Positions 8,055 through 17,440 of a stretch of 64,000 bases of DNA are shown here, one piece after another; position 1 is the stretch's first letter; the number at the start of each line of letters is the position of its first letter. The notes beneath the pieces are model-generated. The model searched no databases and was not told the origin of the DNA. It saw nothing but the letters and a program-made list of their open reading frames with translations. A program made the position numbers and the translations under genes. Where the stretch lies: NCBI GenBank assembly GCA_963797915.1, contig CAWCRG010000005.1, forward strand, positions 14,844 to 78,843, in the 5' to 3' direction. The stretch comes from Candidatus Sericytochromatia bacterium. Its GTDB lineage: Bacteria; Cyanobacteriota; Sericytochromatia; UBA7694.

Positions 8055-8135
8055 TAAATGGGTAGCCCGGCTAACTTCGTGAAGTCCCGTGGCTTTGCGT
8101 CCCCGCCTCACGACGGGTTTGCCTTTTTCCTTTAG
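8055..8135 (-). promoter_or_regulatory. c-di-GMP-I (GEMM-I) riboswitch aptamer in the 5' leader of the DJ-1/PfpI lipoprotein gene
   Basis: The minus strand reads GGCAAACC-CGUC-GUGA-GGCG-GGGACGCAAAGCC-ACGGGACUUCACGAAGUUAGCCGGGCUACC. Both invariant blocks (GGCAAACC and GGGACGCAAAGCC) flank a GNRA-capped hairpin of the same size as in the V. cholerae Vc2 aptamer as I recall it. The 3' AGCCGGGCUACC block is also present. AAGGAG and the ATG follow about 25 nt downstream. Confidence 0.75.
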
Positions 8136-8169
8136 CGATTGCCAAAGAAATGAAAAAGAAACTAACTTT

Positions 8170-8196
8170 AGTATACGAATGATTAAGAAATGTAAA
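8170..8196 (-). promoter_or_regulatory. putative sigma70-type promoter for the riboswitch-led transcript
   Basis: The minus strand reads TTTACA-N15-TATACT, about 40 nt upstream of the aptamer. The spacer is short. Confidence 0.3.
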
Positions 8197-8268
8197 CATT
8201 AGCGGAGGCACAGGGTTTCTGTGAGAGTTATCAGGGGGTGATTGTTATCCTGCTCACAAAGTGGGATG

Positions 8269-9963
8269 CTAAAAGGAGGCATGGGTGTAAAACGATTTGC
8301 CGCCAATAAATGTCTTCAGTACTTTGATGTCTCTGACGTCTTTAGCGCTTAACAACGACTCCGATAGCAACACAAAGTCTGCCCGCTTGCCTTTTTCTAG
8401 CGAGCCCAGTTCTTTTTCTAAAAAAGCCTGCCATGCTGCGTCGCGCGTGATGGCTTGCAATGCCCGCAAGCGACTAATCTTTTGCTCGGCCCCCAGGACT
8501 TTTCCACTGCGGGTGATTCGCTCTGTGGCTGACCAGATCATCATCATGGGGTCCATGGGTACTACCGGTGTGTCGGTGTGTAATGTAAAACGATGGCCGC
8601 TTTGGGCTGCGTCCTTTAACGGGTTCAGACGCGCTGCGCGCTGGGGACCTAAAAACTGTTCGCGATGTCGATCTCCCCAATAGTACACGTGACTGTTAAA
8701 AAAAGAAGGCGTGAGCCCAATAGGATGCATGCGCTCTAGTTGATCTACCGAGAGCATTTGGGCGTGAATAATAATATGCCGGGGATCAGAGCGATAATAG
8801 GCTTGTTGGGCGTAAGCAACTGCTTCAATGACATGTTCAATAGCGCGATCACCGTTGGCATGAATGGCCAGTTGTTTGCCCGCTTTATGAAAAAATAAGA
8901 CCTGTGCTTTGAGGGTGTCAAGATTCACGCGCTCGTGGCCCCGACTGTTTTTTTCTTCAGCGGTTTGTGGAATAAAATACGGGGCTTTTAGCAGGCCTGA
9001 GTAGGCCTGTATGGATCCGTCCACAAATAGCTTAATCGCACCCATATGAAACTTTTCATGGGTGTCTTGCGCGTAGTCATGTTCTCCGTTGACCCAGGCT
9101 CTGCCGTTGTCTTCCATGGGGTACACCACCAACCGCAGCGGAATAAGCTGCAGTTTAGAGAGCCAACTCAGGGCGTTGACTAAAATGTGAGGGCTGGCCC
9201 CACTCTGGGCGGTGGTGACACCGTGGGCCAGATAGTCGCTGTTGGCGGCGACGACAATTTTTAAGCGATCCCACAGCGATCCGTCCAGAGCAGCTTGCTT
9301 CATGGGATCACTGGCGGTTTCGAGCAACAGGCCGTTCAGGTGTCCTGCGGAATCTCTGCCAAAGTGTCCGCCTTCAGGATCCGGCGTGGCTTCTTGGTAA
9401 CCCAGGGTGTCCAATCCACGGGCATTGGTCATGCCCTGATGTCCTGAAGTATGCTGTACGAAAATAGGGTGTTGGGTGCTCACGCTGTTCAGTTCACTCA
9501 GGGTGAGTAAGCGTTTTTCTTGAATCAGGCTGTCGTCATAGCCGTAAGCGTAAATCCATTGTCCCGCAGAGAGCTGCTCTGCTTTTTGACGTAACAGTGC
9601 GAGTGCACCGGCAACGCTTGTCACCTCACCCATGGGGGGACTATTCAGGTTAACACCTACCTCAGACAATCCCGAAGCGGGAAAGTGCCCATGGGCATCA
9701 ATAATCCCTGGAATGAGCATTTTTCCTTTGAGATCAACGCTCTGATGGTTCATTGACAAATATTTTTTCATTGCTCCGGTGGTGCCTATTGCTTGAATCC
9801 GCCCATGATCGACAAACATGGCTTCGACCGTGGTGTTGTTCTGATCCATGGTCAGAATTTGGCCGTTAAAATAAACGGTGCCGGCGTGGACGCCTGGGCT
9901 TAAGGTCATTAACCCTGCGCAAGAAAATAAGCTTAAAAAAGACAGCAAAGGGAGTTTAAACAT
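8269..9963 (-). CDS. amidohydrolase family (Amidohydro_3 / YtcJ-like) metal-dependent hydrolase, secreted
   Basis: There is a signal peptide. Family motifs are present: PGIIDAHGHF, KLFVDGS, IHANGDRAIEHV, IIHAQ, FTLHTDTPV. Confidence 0.85.
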   Translation of the reverse strand: MFKLPLLSFLSLFSCAGLMTLSPGVHAGTVYFNGQILTMDQNNTTVEAMFVDHGRIQAIGTTGAMKKYLSMNHQSVDLKGKMLIPGIIDAHGHFPASGLSEVGVNLNSPPMGEVTSVAGALALLRQKAEQLSAGQWIYAYGYDDSLIQEKRLLTLSELNSVSTQHPIFVQHTSGHQGMTNARGLDTLGYQEATPDPEGGHFGRDSAGHLNGLLLETASDPMKQAALDGSLWDRLKIVVAANSDYLAHGVTTAQSGASPHILVNALSWLSKLQLIPLRLVVYPMEDNGRAWVNGEHDYAQDTHEKFHMGAIKLFVDGSIQAYSGLLKAPYFIPQTAEEKNSRGHERVNLDTLKAQVLFFHKAGKQLAIHANGDRAIEHVIEAVAYAQQAYYRSDPRHIIIHAQMLSVDQLERMHPIGLTPSFFNSHVYYWGDRHREQFLGPQRAARLNPLKDAAQSGHRFTLHTDTPVVPMDPMMMIWSATERITRSGKVLGAEQKISRLRALQAITRDAAWQAFLEKELGSLEKGKRADFVLLSESLLSAKDVRDIKVLKTFIGGKSFYTHASF

Positions 9964-9969
9964 AAAGAC

Positions 9970-11350
9970 AGTTTGACATACTCCCCGCCATGAATGACAG
10001 GGATTCTCAAACTACGCATACTCTGCTGAGTTACGTTAACGCTTGAAGGAGCTGCCCGCTCCCAGTGGCTGCAATATTTCTTGCAGCGTTTACGTCTCGG
10101 TTTAAGATCAGATTACAATACGGGCAATCATGCACCCGTGTGGCAAGGGGTTTTGGAACCTTTTTGCCGCAGCCTGAGCAGTTTTGGCTGGTGTTCTTCG
10201 GATTTACTTTGACTAACTCACGCCCAGCTTCTGCCGCTTTGCACCCTAAAGGGCATAAATACATAAGTAGCTCAAAAAAAGTTGACCAGCCAGCATCTGT
10301 GATTGACTTACTCAGGTGACGGTTCTTGACCATATTCTTAACTCTGAGTGCTTCAATACAGATCATCTGAAAATTGTTGATGTAGTAGTTCGCTGTTTTG
10401 TGGAGGAAGTCCAGTCGCATATTGGTAACCTTGCGGTGCGCTCTAGCTAACTCCCTGACAGCTTTTCTTCTACGATTAGAACCCTTTTTACGGCGGCTCA
10501 CTTTCCGTTGTTTGCGTCTAAGTTCTGCTTGTGCTTTTCGATAGTATTTCGGGTTGGCAACGTGTAGCCCTTCGGTGTCAGTAGAGAAATGTACTACACC
10601 CACGTCAATACCCACTACGTCAGCACGAGGCTTTGGGAAGCTACGCTCTGGAACATCATCACAGGAAAACGCTACCCAGTACCCTCAAAGGGGCATAAAT
10701 CACCACAGCTATCACGACGCACGGTGATGGTTTTGATTCGACCCTCAATTTCACGGGAGAGAAACAGCTTGAGAATGCCAATGCCCTTGATCTTCAGATA
10801 CCGACCGTCCAGTTTCCAACCTGTTTGCTTCAGGGTGAATGAGTCATAGCGATGGTAGGATTTAAAGCGAGGAAAACCAGCTTTTTCACCAACTTTTTTG
10901 AGACGTGAAAAAAATCCTTGCATAGCTTTACCCAAACGCTCAACGGTGTCTTGCAATACCTGAGAGTTAACTTGCCTGAACTCCGGGAATGCTTTCTTTA
11001 ATTCGGGTAGCTCTTTACTTTGATCATAAGTGCTAAGGCTGACGCTGAAGTATCTGTATGCAATGATGCGCTGTTGAAGAGCGAGATTATACAATTTCTG
11101 ACACAAACCAAGCCAAACGATAGCGTTTTGCTCTGTCGTTTTACTCAGTTTCGCCTTGAACTTGTATGTTTTACGCATACGGTAATTATACCGTGTCTTA
11201 AGGCCTATGCATAGTCCTGCACCTTATATCCCTCACCTGAAGGAAGGGATTTTACGGTGCCTTCTGATAACTTTTCGGCACCTGACACGGGGTATATGTC
11301 ATATATAGAGACCAGCACAAGAGACCCCGGCAAGTGGCGGCTTCAAGTGA
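9970..11350 (-). mobile_element. IS200/IS605-family (IS1341-like) element carrying only tnpB; boundaries approximate
   Basis: tnpB fills the gap between the amidohydrolase start (9963) and the PPTase stop (11357). Left-end-like hairpins lie upstream of tnpB (ATCCCT..AGGGAT near 11228-11252 and GGTGCC..GGCACC near 11256-11283). No Y1 tnpA is present. Confidence 0.6.
10031..11178 (-). pseudogene. tnpB: tnpB (RNA-guided RuvC nuclease), split into two ORFs by a 17-nt insertion
   Basis: The N-terminal ORF is 10672..11178 and the C-terminal ORF is 10031..10615. RuvC residues are intact (GIDVG, CIEAL, NRDVNAARNI), as is the zinc finger CSGCG..CPYC. A third frame supplies the bridging sequence YWVAFSCDDVPERSFPKPRADVVGIDVG. 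Confidence 0.85.
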
Positions 11351-11356
11351 CACCGG

Positions 11357-12019
11357 CTAAAAGCGATAAGTGGTGAATACAAAACCGCTGCCATCGGCAT
11401 GCACGAACCACTGCCCATGGCCTTCAAAAGAGGGCTGTTGTTGTCCAAAGTAAGTGTTTAAGTCTTTTTTTAGGCTGTGCTCTGGTTGCCAGCTGAGGAC
11501 GTGTCGGTTGACAGATTGCTGAGCCGAGCATGGCCGATCTGAATGAGAGGGTTGCACGGGTTTCACAATCACTTCTTGAAAGCCAATAAAACGTTGTAGC
11601 AGCGGGTGAAGGGCTTTGTAGATACTCTCTTTAAAAGAAAAAACCAGACTGAGCTCCAGAGGGGTTTTAACCCAGCTTTCAAGGGGGTGTAAAATTTGCT
11701 GGCGTAGGCGTGTTGCCCGTTCTGCACACATAATCTCTTCAGTATCAATGCCCACGCCCTGCAGTGTCTCTTGTTTTGCCATGCATGCCACCGCCAGATT
11801 GTTGCTGTGGCTAATGGAGCCCACAAACCCCCTGGGCCAGCGGGGGGAATCTCTTTGCGGATGGGTATCGGGGTACATCGGTAGACCATCCCACTCCAGG
11901 GCATATTTGGTATAAAGAAACTGAGCGCACGCCCTGCCAGTGAGGTAGCTGCGTTGACGCTTTGCGACGGCATGCTGTAAACGGGGGGGCAAGATCAAGG
12001 GTTTTGATAGCAGGGGCAT
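11357..12019 (-). CDS. 4'-phosphopantetheinyl transferase (EntD/Sfp-type)
   Basis: Family motifs are present: GSISHS, GIDTEEI, SFKESIYKAL. I chose the ATG at 12019 because it lies just downstream of the upstream gene's stop at 12037. The longer track ORF overlaps that gene. Confidence 0.75.
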   Translation of the reverse strand: MPLLSKPLILPPRLQHAVAKRQRSYLTGRACAQFLYTKYALEWDGLPMYPDTHPQRDSPRWPRGFVGSISHSNNLAVACMAKQETLQGVGIDTEEIMCAERATRLRQQILHPLESWVKTPLELSLVFSFKESIYKALHPLLQRFIGFQEVIVKPVQPSHSDRPCSAQQSVNRHVLSWQPEHSLKKDLNTYFGQQQPSFEGHGQWFVHADGSGFVFTTYRF

Positions 12020-12036
12020 CACTTGTTCAAGGGAAT

Positions 12037-13068
12037 TTAAGGGAATAAAGACGCAATCCATTGCATACCTTGCCACCCTTCTCGCACGAGATCCTGGTCT
12101 TGCATATCTAAACCGTAGCGGTAGATATACAAGCACGAGTAGAGCGCACGAAACTGCGCTTTGCGTTGGGTCACTTCACTGACTTTGCCATAGTGGCTCC
12201 AAAAGGCGTCATGTCGCTCAGGGGGCAGCGCGCTATAAACGATGCCCAAATCTGTGGAAATATCGCCGTGATGGGTATCTCCCCAGTCGATAAATCCGGT
12301 CAGTTCGTTACGGACGTTGACCATCAGGTGCCGAATATACAAGTCACCATGCAGCAAATGGGTAGCGGCTTCGGGGGAACTCTGTGAGGCGCTGGAAGAC
12401 GCAGTGGCGATGGCCTCAAGTTTCTTTAAAAGCCTTGCGACGGCTTTTTCTGGCAGGTGCTGTTGCTGCTGCTCGGCCGCTACTTTGGCCTGTGCCCATT
12501 GGTCTTGAAACCAGGCTAAGCGATGGTTGAGGTTGCTGCGTTGAAGCGTATCGCCGGGCAAGTGCTGAGGAACGGGCTGGGTATGAAGGTGTTTGAGTGC
12601 AAGGGCTAAGGGCTTGACCCACTGTGCTCGGCCTTGCCGATTCACGTTGGCTCGGCAGGCGGTGGTGCCCGCTACTTTTTTATAACCCATAAAAGGCCAG
12701 GGGTAATGCTGATCACCCACTGAGGTCGGCTGGTCAGGCAAGACCGGCTGGCCGTAAAAAACGGGCTGCGGATAATCTAAGGGAAACCCCTGCAGGGCAT
12801 GGAGGGTTATTTTTTCGTGGTCTAAGAGTTCAACGGCGACTTCACGGCGGGGAAAACGAAACACCCAGGTGTCGTTGATTAAAAAAACGGTGTTGTCCCA
12901 GCCAGCCCCCAGATAGTGAGCGTGAACGGGCTTTAATTCAGGAAACTGTTTCTCAATCAGTGCACAGGCAAAAGCCCCGGTTAGAGCATGTTCTGCAGAC
13001 CAGGGCTTTACCTTTAAGTCGGTGTGTGGGGAGTTAGAATCCGAGGGCGCCACGGATACTGATGCCAA
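12037..13068 (-). CDS. aminoglycoside phosphotransferase (APH)-family kinase
   Basis: Family motifs are present: LGAGWDNTVFLIND, LLHGDLYIRHLMV, GFIDWGD. The start is uncertain (TTG at 13068 or GTG at 13053). Confidence 0.75.
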   Translation of the reverse strand: MASVSVAPSDSNSPHTDLKVKPWSAEHALTGAFACALIEKQFPELKPVHAHYLGAGWDNTVFLINDTWVFRFPRREVAVELLDHEKITLHALQGFPLDYPQPVFYGQPVLPDQPTSVGDQHYPWPFMGYKKVAGTTACRANVNRQGRAQWVKPLALALKHLHTQPVPQHLPGDTLQRSNLNHRLAWFQDQWAQAKVAAEQQQQHLPEKAVARLLKKLEAIATASSSASQSSPEAATHLLHGDLYIRHLMVNVRNELTGFIDWGDTHHGDISTDLGIVYSALPPERHDAFWSHYGKVSEVTQRKAQFRALYSCLYIYRYGLDMQDQDLVREGWQGMQWIASLFP

Positions 13069-13615
13069 GGGTGAGGTTCGCTTTAACGTATTCCCGCTTG
13101 TTGACGAGTCCGTCTAAGTTGCTGTCTAAGCGGGGATCTCTGTTGGCCATATAAATGCGGCCAACGGAGCCAATTTCGGCAATGTTTAAGTGGCTGTCCC
13201 GGCTTTGGTCTTTTTGCTCAAAGCTGGATTCAAGACGATCTTTACGGTATTTGGCATATTCTTTAACGTCAACTTTGTTGTCATAATTGCGATCGGCAGC
13301 GTCGAATTCAAAGGGGTTCAGGGTGGCGATGGTGAACTCTGCGCGGTTTAAACTGCCGTCATAGTTGATGTCGACCTGCTGAAATTCGCGCTCTACCAGA
13401 CGGTAAATTTCGCCCATGCCCAGACTATAAGACATGTCGGACATCATTTCGCCCACACCGTTGCCGAAGCGTTTAAAAAAGCCTGCAGAGAGTTCATCCT
13501 GGTTATAGGTTTCGGGGTTAGAGGGGGTGGATTGAGGCGCTACGGCAGCAGCATTATTGCCGGTGTTATTGCTGGGGATTAGATTTCTTAAGAATGCGGG
13601 CGCTTCGATTTTCAT
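13034..13615 (-). CDS. EF-hand calcium-binding protein (four EF-loop-like motifs)
   Basis: Four EF-loop-like motifs are present: DINYDGSLNRAEF, DRNYDNKVDVKEY, DQSRDSHLNIAEI, DSNLDGLVNKREY. The ATG is preceded by AGGTGG. Confidence 0.7.
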   Translation of the reverse strand: MKIEAPAFLRNLIPSNNTGNNAAAVAPQSTPSNPETYNQDELSAGFFKRFGNGVGEMMSDMSYSLGMGEIYRLVEREFQQVDINYDGSLNRAEFTIATLNPFEFDAADRNYDNKVDVKEYAKYRKDRLESSFEQKDQSRDSHLNIAEIGSVGRIYMANRDPRLDSNLDGLVNKREYVKANLTLGISIRGALGF

Positions 13616-13770
13616 GGGTTACCACCTACCTGTTTTTTATCTCTTGTTCGCTTGGGTTTACTTTTTTCGCTTACTTCTATTATCTAACAGAAATAAAGAA
13701 AAGTTGCTTCCTAAGATTAACTGGCGGTTTTTATGAGTTTAAAAAAAGTTTAAGTTTGAAAATTGGGGAT

Positions 13771-14481
13771 CTAGACGCCGGGAATATACTCGGCAATGCC
13801 CTTCACATTGAGCAAAATGACTTCTTTTTTGTCGAGCTGAATGAGCCCGAGCTGCTTAAAGCGCGTGAGGTTACGCACGGTGGTTTCGATGGTTGTTCCC
13901 AGTAGACTGGCCATTTCTTCTCGGCTCAGGCGAATGGCCAGGTGGATATTGCCGTCGCTATCGGTTTCACCATAGCTTTCTTTGAAGGTCAGCAACATTT
14001 CGGCCAGGCGCTCAGGCACTGATTTGTAGGCCAGATCACGGGCTCTGTTTTCGGCTTGCTTCAGATCGCTGCCGAGTTGCTCCATGAGTTGTATGGCAAA
14101 TTGCGGATTGTCTCTGATGGCGCGCATAAAGGGCTCCCGCTCAATAAAGCAAATGGTGGCTGGCTCAATGACCTCAGCGGTTGCTGAGTAGGGATCATTG
14201 GTTAAAAAGGCACGGTACCCCAAAAGATCACCGGCTGTGGCAATGCGAGCAATGTAGGTTTTGCCGTCAGGGGTGTATTTGGTCAGCTTTACTTTGCCCG
14301 ACTCTACACAATAGACACCGTGAGGTCGATTGTCTTCGTAAAAAATAACTTGCCCGGGCTCATAGTGGCGTCCTGTTTTGTTAATATTAAACTCTTTTAA
14401 CGCTTCTTCGGGTAAACAAGCCAGAGAACTCAAGCACAAAGAATTGCAAGCGTCGCACTCGGGAACGGTTTTTTTTGCCAA
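13771..14481 (-). CDS. Crp/Fnr-family transcription regulator, FNR-type
   Basis: An N-terminal Cys cluster is present (PECDACNSLCLSSLAC). It is followed by a cNMP-binding-like fold and a C-terminal HTH (REEMASLLGTTIETTVRNL). The start codon is TTG, preceded by GAGG. Confidence 0.8.
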   Translation of the reverse strand: MAKKTVPECDACNSLCLSSLACLPEEALKEFNINKTGRHYEPGQVIFYEDNRPHGVYCVESGKVKLTKYTPDGKTYIARIATAGDLLGYRAFLTNDPYSATAEVIEPATICFIEREPFMRAIRDNPQFAIQLMEQLGSDLKQAENRARDLAYKSVPERLAEMLLTFKESYGETDSDGNIHLAIRLSREEMASLLGTTIETTVRNLTRFKQLGLIQLDKKEVILLNVKGIAEYIPGV

Positions 14482-14560
14482 TGTAATTACCTCAATCGGG
14501 TTTATAACCCTGCAGAGATAATTATACCGTGGGTGCTATGTTCTCTTCAACGCTTCGTGA

Positions 14561-15328
14561 TTAATGACACTGGACTTCCTGGGTTAGATCGTGCAGGTGT
14601 TCAGCGGTGATGGCTGCTTTACTATTGAACTTGAGACCTATGTTGAAAAAGGCCAGCAGCACAAAAACAAAGGCCACGCCTTTGCGTGTCGTGCCCTGAT
14701 GTTGACGCAGCCAGCGGCTTAAAACACCCGGCCCCCACCACAGGGCGGGTAGCGTTCCCAACCAAAAAGTGAGCAAAAACACCGCACCCATTGCCGTGCT
14801 GCCCGTGAGTAAAGCGCCTAGCACAAAGCTATAAAGCCAGCCACAGGGCATAAAAACGGTCAAAAAGCCCACTCCTCCTGAAGCCCACTCCGCGTCACGA
14901 GAGCGATAGATGTTGTGTCCGATCGCTTTTTCTAAAGGTTTTTTAAACCACGCTGGCAGCGGCATGTGTAAGGGACGTCCCCTCCAGAACATCCAGGCCA
15001 TCGTCAAAAAACTCAGCGAAATCAACACCGCTGAAAGGCCGCTTAAGACCTGCTGATAATGCATCAGCCATTCACCTGCGAGGCCGGCGAGGGCTCCAAT
15101 CAGTAAATACCCCGCTAAACGCCCCAAATGATAGAGGGCATGGGCGCTTTTTTGTGGCGGCAAGGCCATGACAATCCCGCCGCACATGCCTACGCAGTGC
15201 AGACTTCCCAGTAAGCTGGCCGCCATCACCAGAAAGGGAATGCCCCATTGTGCTTGTTGGGCAATCAATTGTGGGTGATGCGTATAGTTGTGTAGAACGT
15301 CTGCCAAAGTCCCCATCAAAGCTTCCAT
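14561..15328 (-). CDS. TauE/SafE (DsbD_2)-family membrane protein linked to the cbb3 cluster
   Basis: It is a multi-pass membrane protein with the LHCVGMCGG motif. The ATG at 15328 overlaps the ccoG stop in an ATGA arrangement. Confidence 0.65.
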   Translation of the reverse strand: MEALMGTLADVLHNYTHHPQLIAQQAQWGIPFLVMAASLLGSLHCVGMCGGIVMALPPQKSAHALYHLGRLAGYLLIGALAGLAGEWLMHYQQVLSGLSAVLISLSFLTMAWMFWRGRPLHMPLPAWFKKPLEKAIGHNIYRSRDAEWASGGVGFLTVFMPCGWLYSFVLGALLTGSTAMGAVFLLTFWLGTLPALWWGPGVLSRWLRQHQGTTRKGVAFVFVLLAFFNIGLKFNSKAAITAEHLHDLTQEVQCH

Positions 15329-16806
15329 CAATACGGTCCCACCAGCGGTATTTGCTGGATTCCTACATGCTCCCACTGACCGTTCTCAGCCTGGCTTTGT
15401 AGTTTCAAATCAATGCGTGCGGAGCCGTTGGTCAGTAAAGATTTGTTAAAGCGTAAAAAGAATCCCTGGTTTTTTTCTTCTCCACCCTCCAGAAGGACGG
15501 GGTTGTTTTGGGCGATAACTTCAACGCCATCGGGAGCCGTGACCTTCAGCTGTCCTGGAGTAAAAGTGTAGTTAGAGGCGACCACATAATAACGGTTTGT
15601 GATGACTGTGGCAGCAGGGGTTTCGCTTAATACCTCGTAAGGGGTTCCTTTGGCCGTAAATACCGTTGCTTTCACAGGGGGGCGTGTCAATAAGACATAG
15701 GCCAGGCCGGCTGACACAAGGGTGAGTGCGATACTTAAAATAACCACGCGACTCCGAAACAGGTTTTTCGTTAGATAATTTTGTGTGAGCGAGCGAGGTT
15801 TTGTATGTTCTACTTCAATACTGCGCTGGAGGCCGCTTTGTAGGGGCTCTACTGCATTGAGATCGTTGGCTGAGCTGTAGCGAATCAGTCCATGGGGTTT
15901 ATGTACATTATCCATGACGGTATCGCAGGCATCAATACAAGCGGTACAGGCCACGCACTCCATTTGTACTCCCCGACGAATGTCGATGCCGGTGGGGCAA
16001 ACTTGAACACATTGGTAGCAATTAATACAGTCCCCTGTGGGTTCATCTCCTTGTTCCTGACCCCGCCGGGGCTCTCCTCGTTTTTCGTCGTAACCCACCA
16101 CCATTGAGTCTTCGTCCATTAACAGCGATTGAAAACGTCCATAAGGGCACATAATGATACAGAACTGTTCTCTAAACCAACCGAAAGAAAAGAGCAGCAG
16201 GACGGTAATAAATAACATGCTCGAAAAGGCGGTGGGGTGTTCGCCTGGCGAGGATATCATCATTTTTGCCAGCGCATCAGTCCCTATAAAATAAGCCAGA
16301 AAAGCATGGGAAAGTTGCCAGGAAATGAGGGTGAAAACACCCCACTTTAACCCTTTTTTAAATGTTTTCTCAAGGGTCCAGGGGCCTTTAGATAGGCGCT
16401 CACGCTTTACCGCATTGCCTTCGATCCAGCGCTCAATCTGACGATATAAGCGCTCGACGAACACGGTTTCAGGACACGCCCAGCCGCACCAAACGCGACC
16501 CCAGACAGCCGTGAGTAAAGACAACCCCAAAAAAGCACAGGCAAAGACAAAAATGAGCATGGGCACGTCATGGGCCCAGAACGTTAAGCCCAAAATAGCA
16601 AAACGTCGCTGGGTAATATCCAGAAGAATAGCCGGATGGCCATTGATTTGAATCCATGGAAGCACGATAAATAGCGCCATAAGCACCCATTGAAACATCA
16701 CCCGTCGGCTGTGATATTTTCCGCGAACATCTGCAGGGAACAAATAAACGCGCTTTCCTTTTTCGTCTGTAGAAGCCAGTCTTTCCTGGGGCAGTTCTTT
16801 TAGCAT
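15328..16806 (-). CDS. ccoG: cbb3 oxidase accessory protein CcoG/FixG (4Fe-4S ferredoxin-type)
   Basis: Motifs CGWACPE and CINCYQCVQVCP...CVACTACIDACD are present, together with a FixG_C-like C-terminal domain. Confidence 0.9.
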   Translation of the reverse strand: MLKELPQERLASTDEKGKRVYLFPADVRGKYHSRRVMFQWVLMALFIVLPWIQINGHPAILLDITQRRFAILGLTFWAHDVPMLIFVFACAFLGLSLLTAVWGRVWCGWACPETVFVERLYRQIERWIEGNAVKRERLSKGPWTLEKTFKKGLKWGVFTLISWQLSHAFLAYFIGTDALAKMMISSPGEHPTAFSSMLFITVLLLFSFGWFREQFCIIMCPYGRFQSLLMDEDSMVVGYDEKRGEPRRGQEQGDEPTGDCINCYQCVQVCPTGIDIRRGVQMECVACTACIDACDTVMDNVHKPHGLIRYSSANDLNAVEPLQSGLQRSIEVEHTKPRSLTQNYLTKNLFRSRVVILSIALTLVSAGLAYVLLTRPPVKATVFTAKGTPYEVLSETPAATVITNRYYVVASNYTFTPGQLKVTAPDGVEVIAQNNPVLLEGGEEKNQGFFLRFNKSLLTNGSARIDLKLQSQAENGQWEHVGIQQIPLVGPY

Positions 16807-16813
16807 ATGGGGG

Positions 16814-17440
16814 TTAACTTTCCTTTTTCTCTCCTTGAGGGGCTTTGCCGTTGGGGGGCTTTGTGTCTCTCAGGGCATAAACATAGGCGGTAATCTGACG
16901 CTGCTCATCATCAGAAAAAACAGCTTCCCAGGCGGGCATGCCTTTTTCAGTCACGCCTTTGTTAATGATCTGCTCAATCGCAGCGGCGGAGCCATCTCCA
17001 TTCAGCCAGTAGGCGTCGGTGAGGTTGGGCCCAATTTGGCCTGCTCCTCCAGCTGCGTGGCAAGCCAAACAACGCTCTGTATAGAGGGCTTCTCCTGCCC
17101 GAATCGTGCTGGGATCTTTCATAATGGCAAGCATCTCTTCGGGCGTGAGCTCTTTTTTCTGACTTGCCAGTAAGGCGGCCTTGTCACTTTCGGCTTGCTC
17201 ATAGGCTTTGATTTCCGCAATATAGTGCTGTTCGTGCACATCGGCGGGGTACAAAATATTATGGTAAGCAAAATAGACAACGCCGACAATAATCGACAGA
17301 TAAAAACTGTTGATCCACCAACTGGGTAAGTTATTGTCCAACTCTTCAATTCCGTCATAATCATGGTCGAGTACGGGTTCGTTTAAGGCCTCATCCATAC
17401 GTCGAATGTGACTATTGTGTTCCTTTGGATTGTCGCTCAT
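16814..17440 (-). CDS. ccoP: cbb3 oxidase subunit III CcoP, monoheme variant
   Basis: The FixP_N motif (DGIEELDNNLPSWW) is present, with a single CxxCH (CLACH) in 208 aa. Confidence 0.85.
   Translation of the reverse strand: MSDNPKEHNSHIRRMDEALNEPVLDHDYDGIEELDNNLPSWWINSFYLSIIVGVVYFAYHNILYPADVHEQHYIAEIKAYEQAESDKAALLASQKKELTPEEMLAIMKDPSTIRAGEALYTERCLACHAAGGAGQIGPNLTDAYWLNGDGSAAAIEQIINKGVTEKGMPAWEAVFSDDEQRQITAYVYALRDTKPPNGKAPQGEKKES

Noticed and set aside
8085-8130. A plus-strand hairpin CCCGT...ACGGG followed by a T-rich run, read as a terminator
   Set aside because: Both flanking genes are on the minus strand. The same bases are explained as the P1b hairpin and A-rich 5' flank of the minus-strand c-di-GMP-I aptamer.
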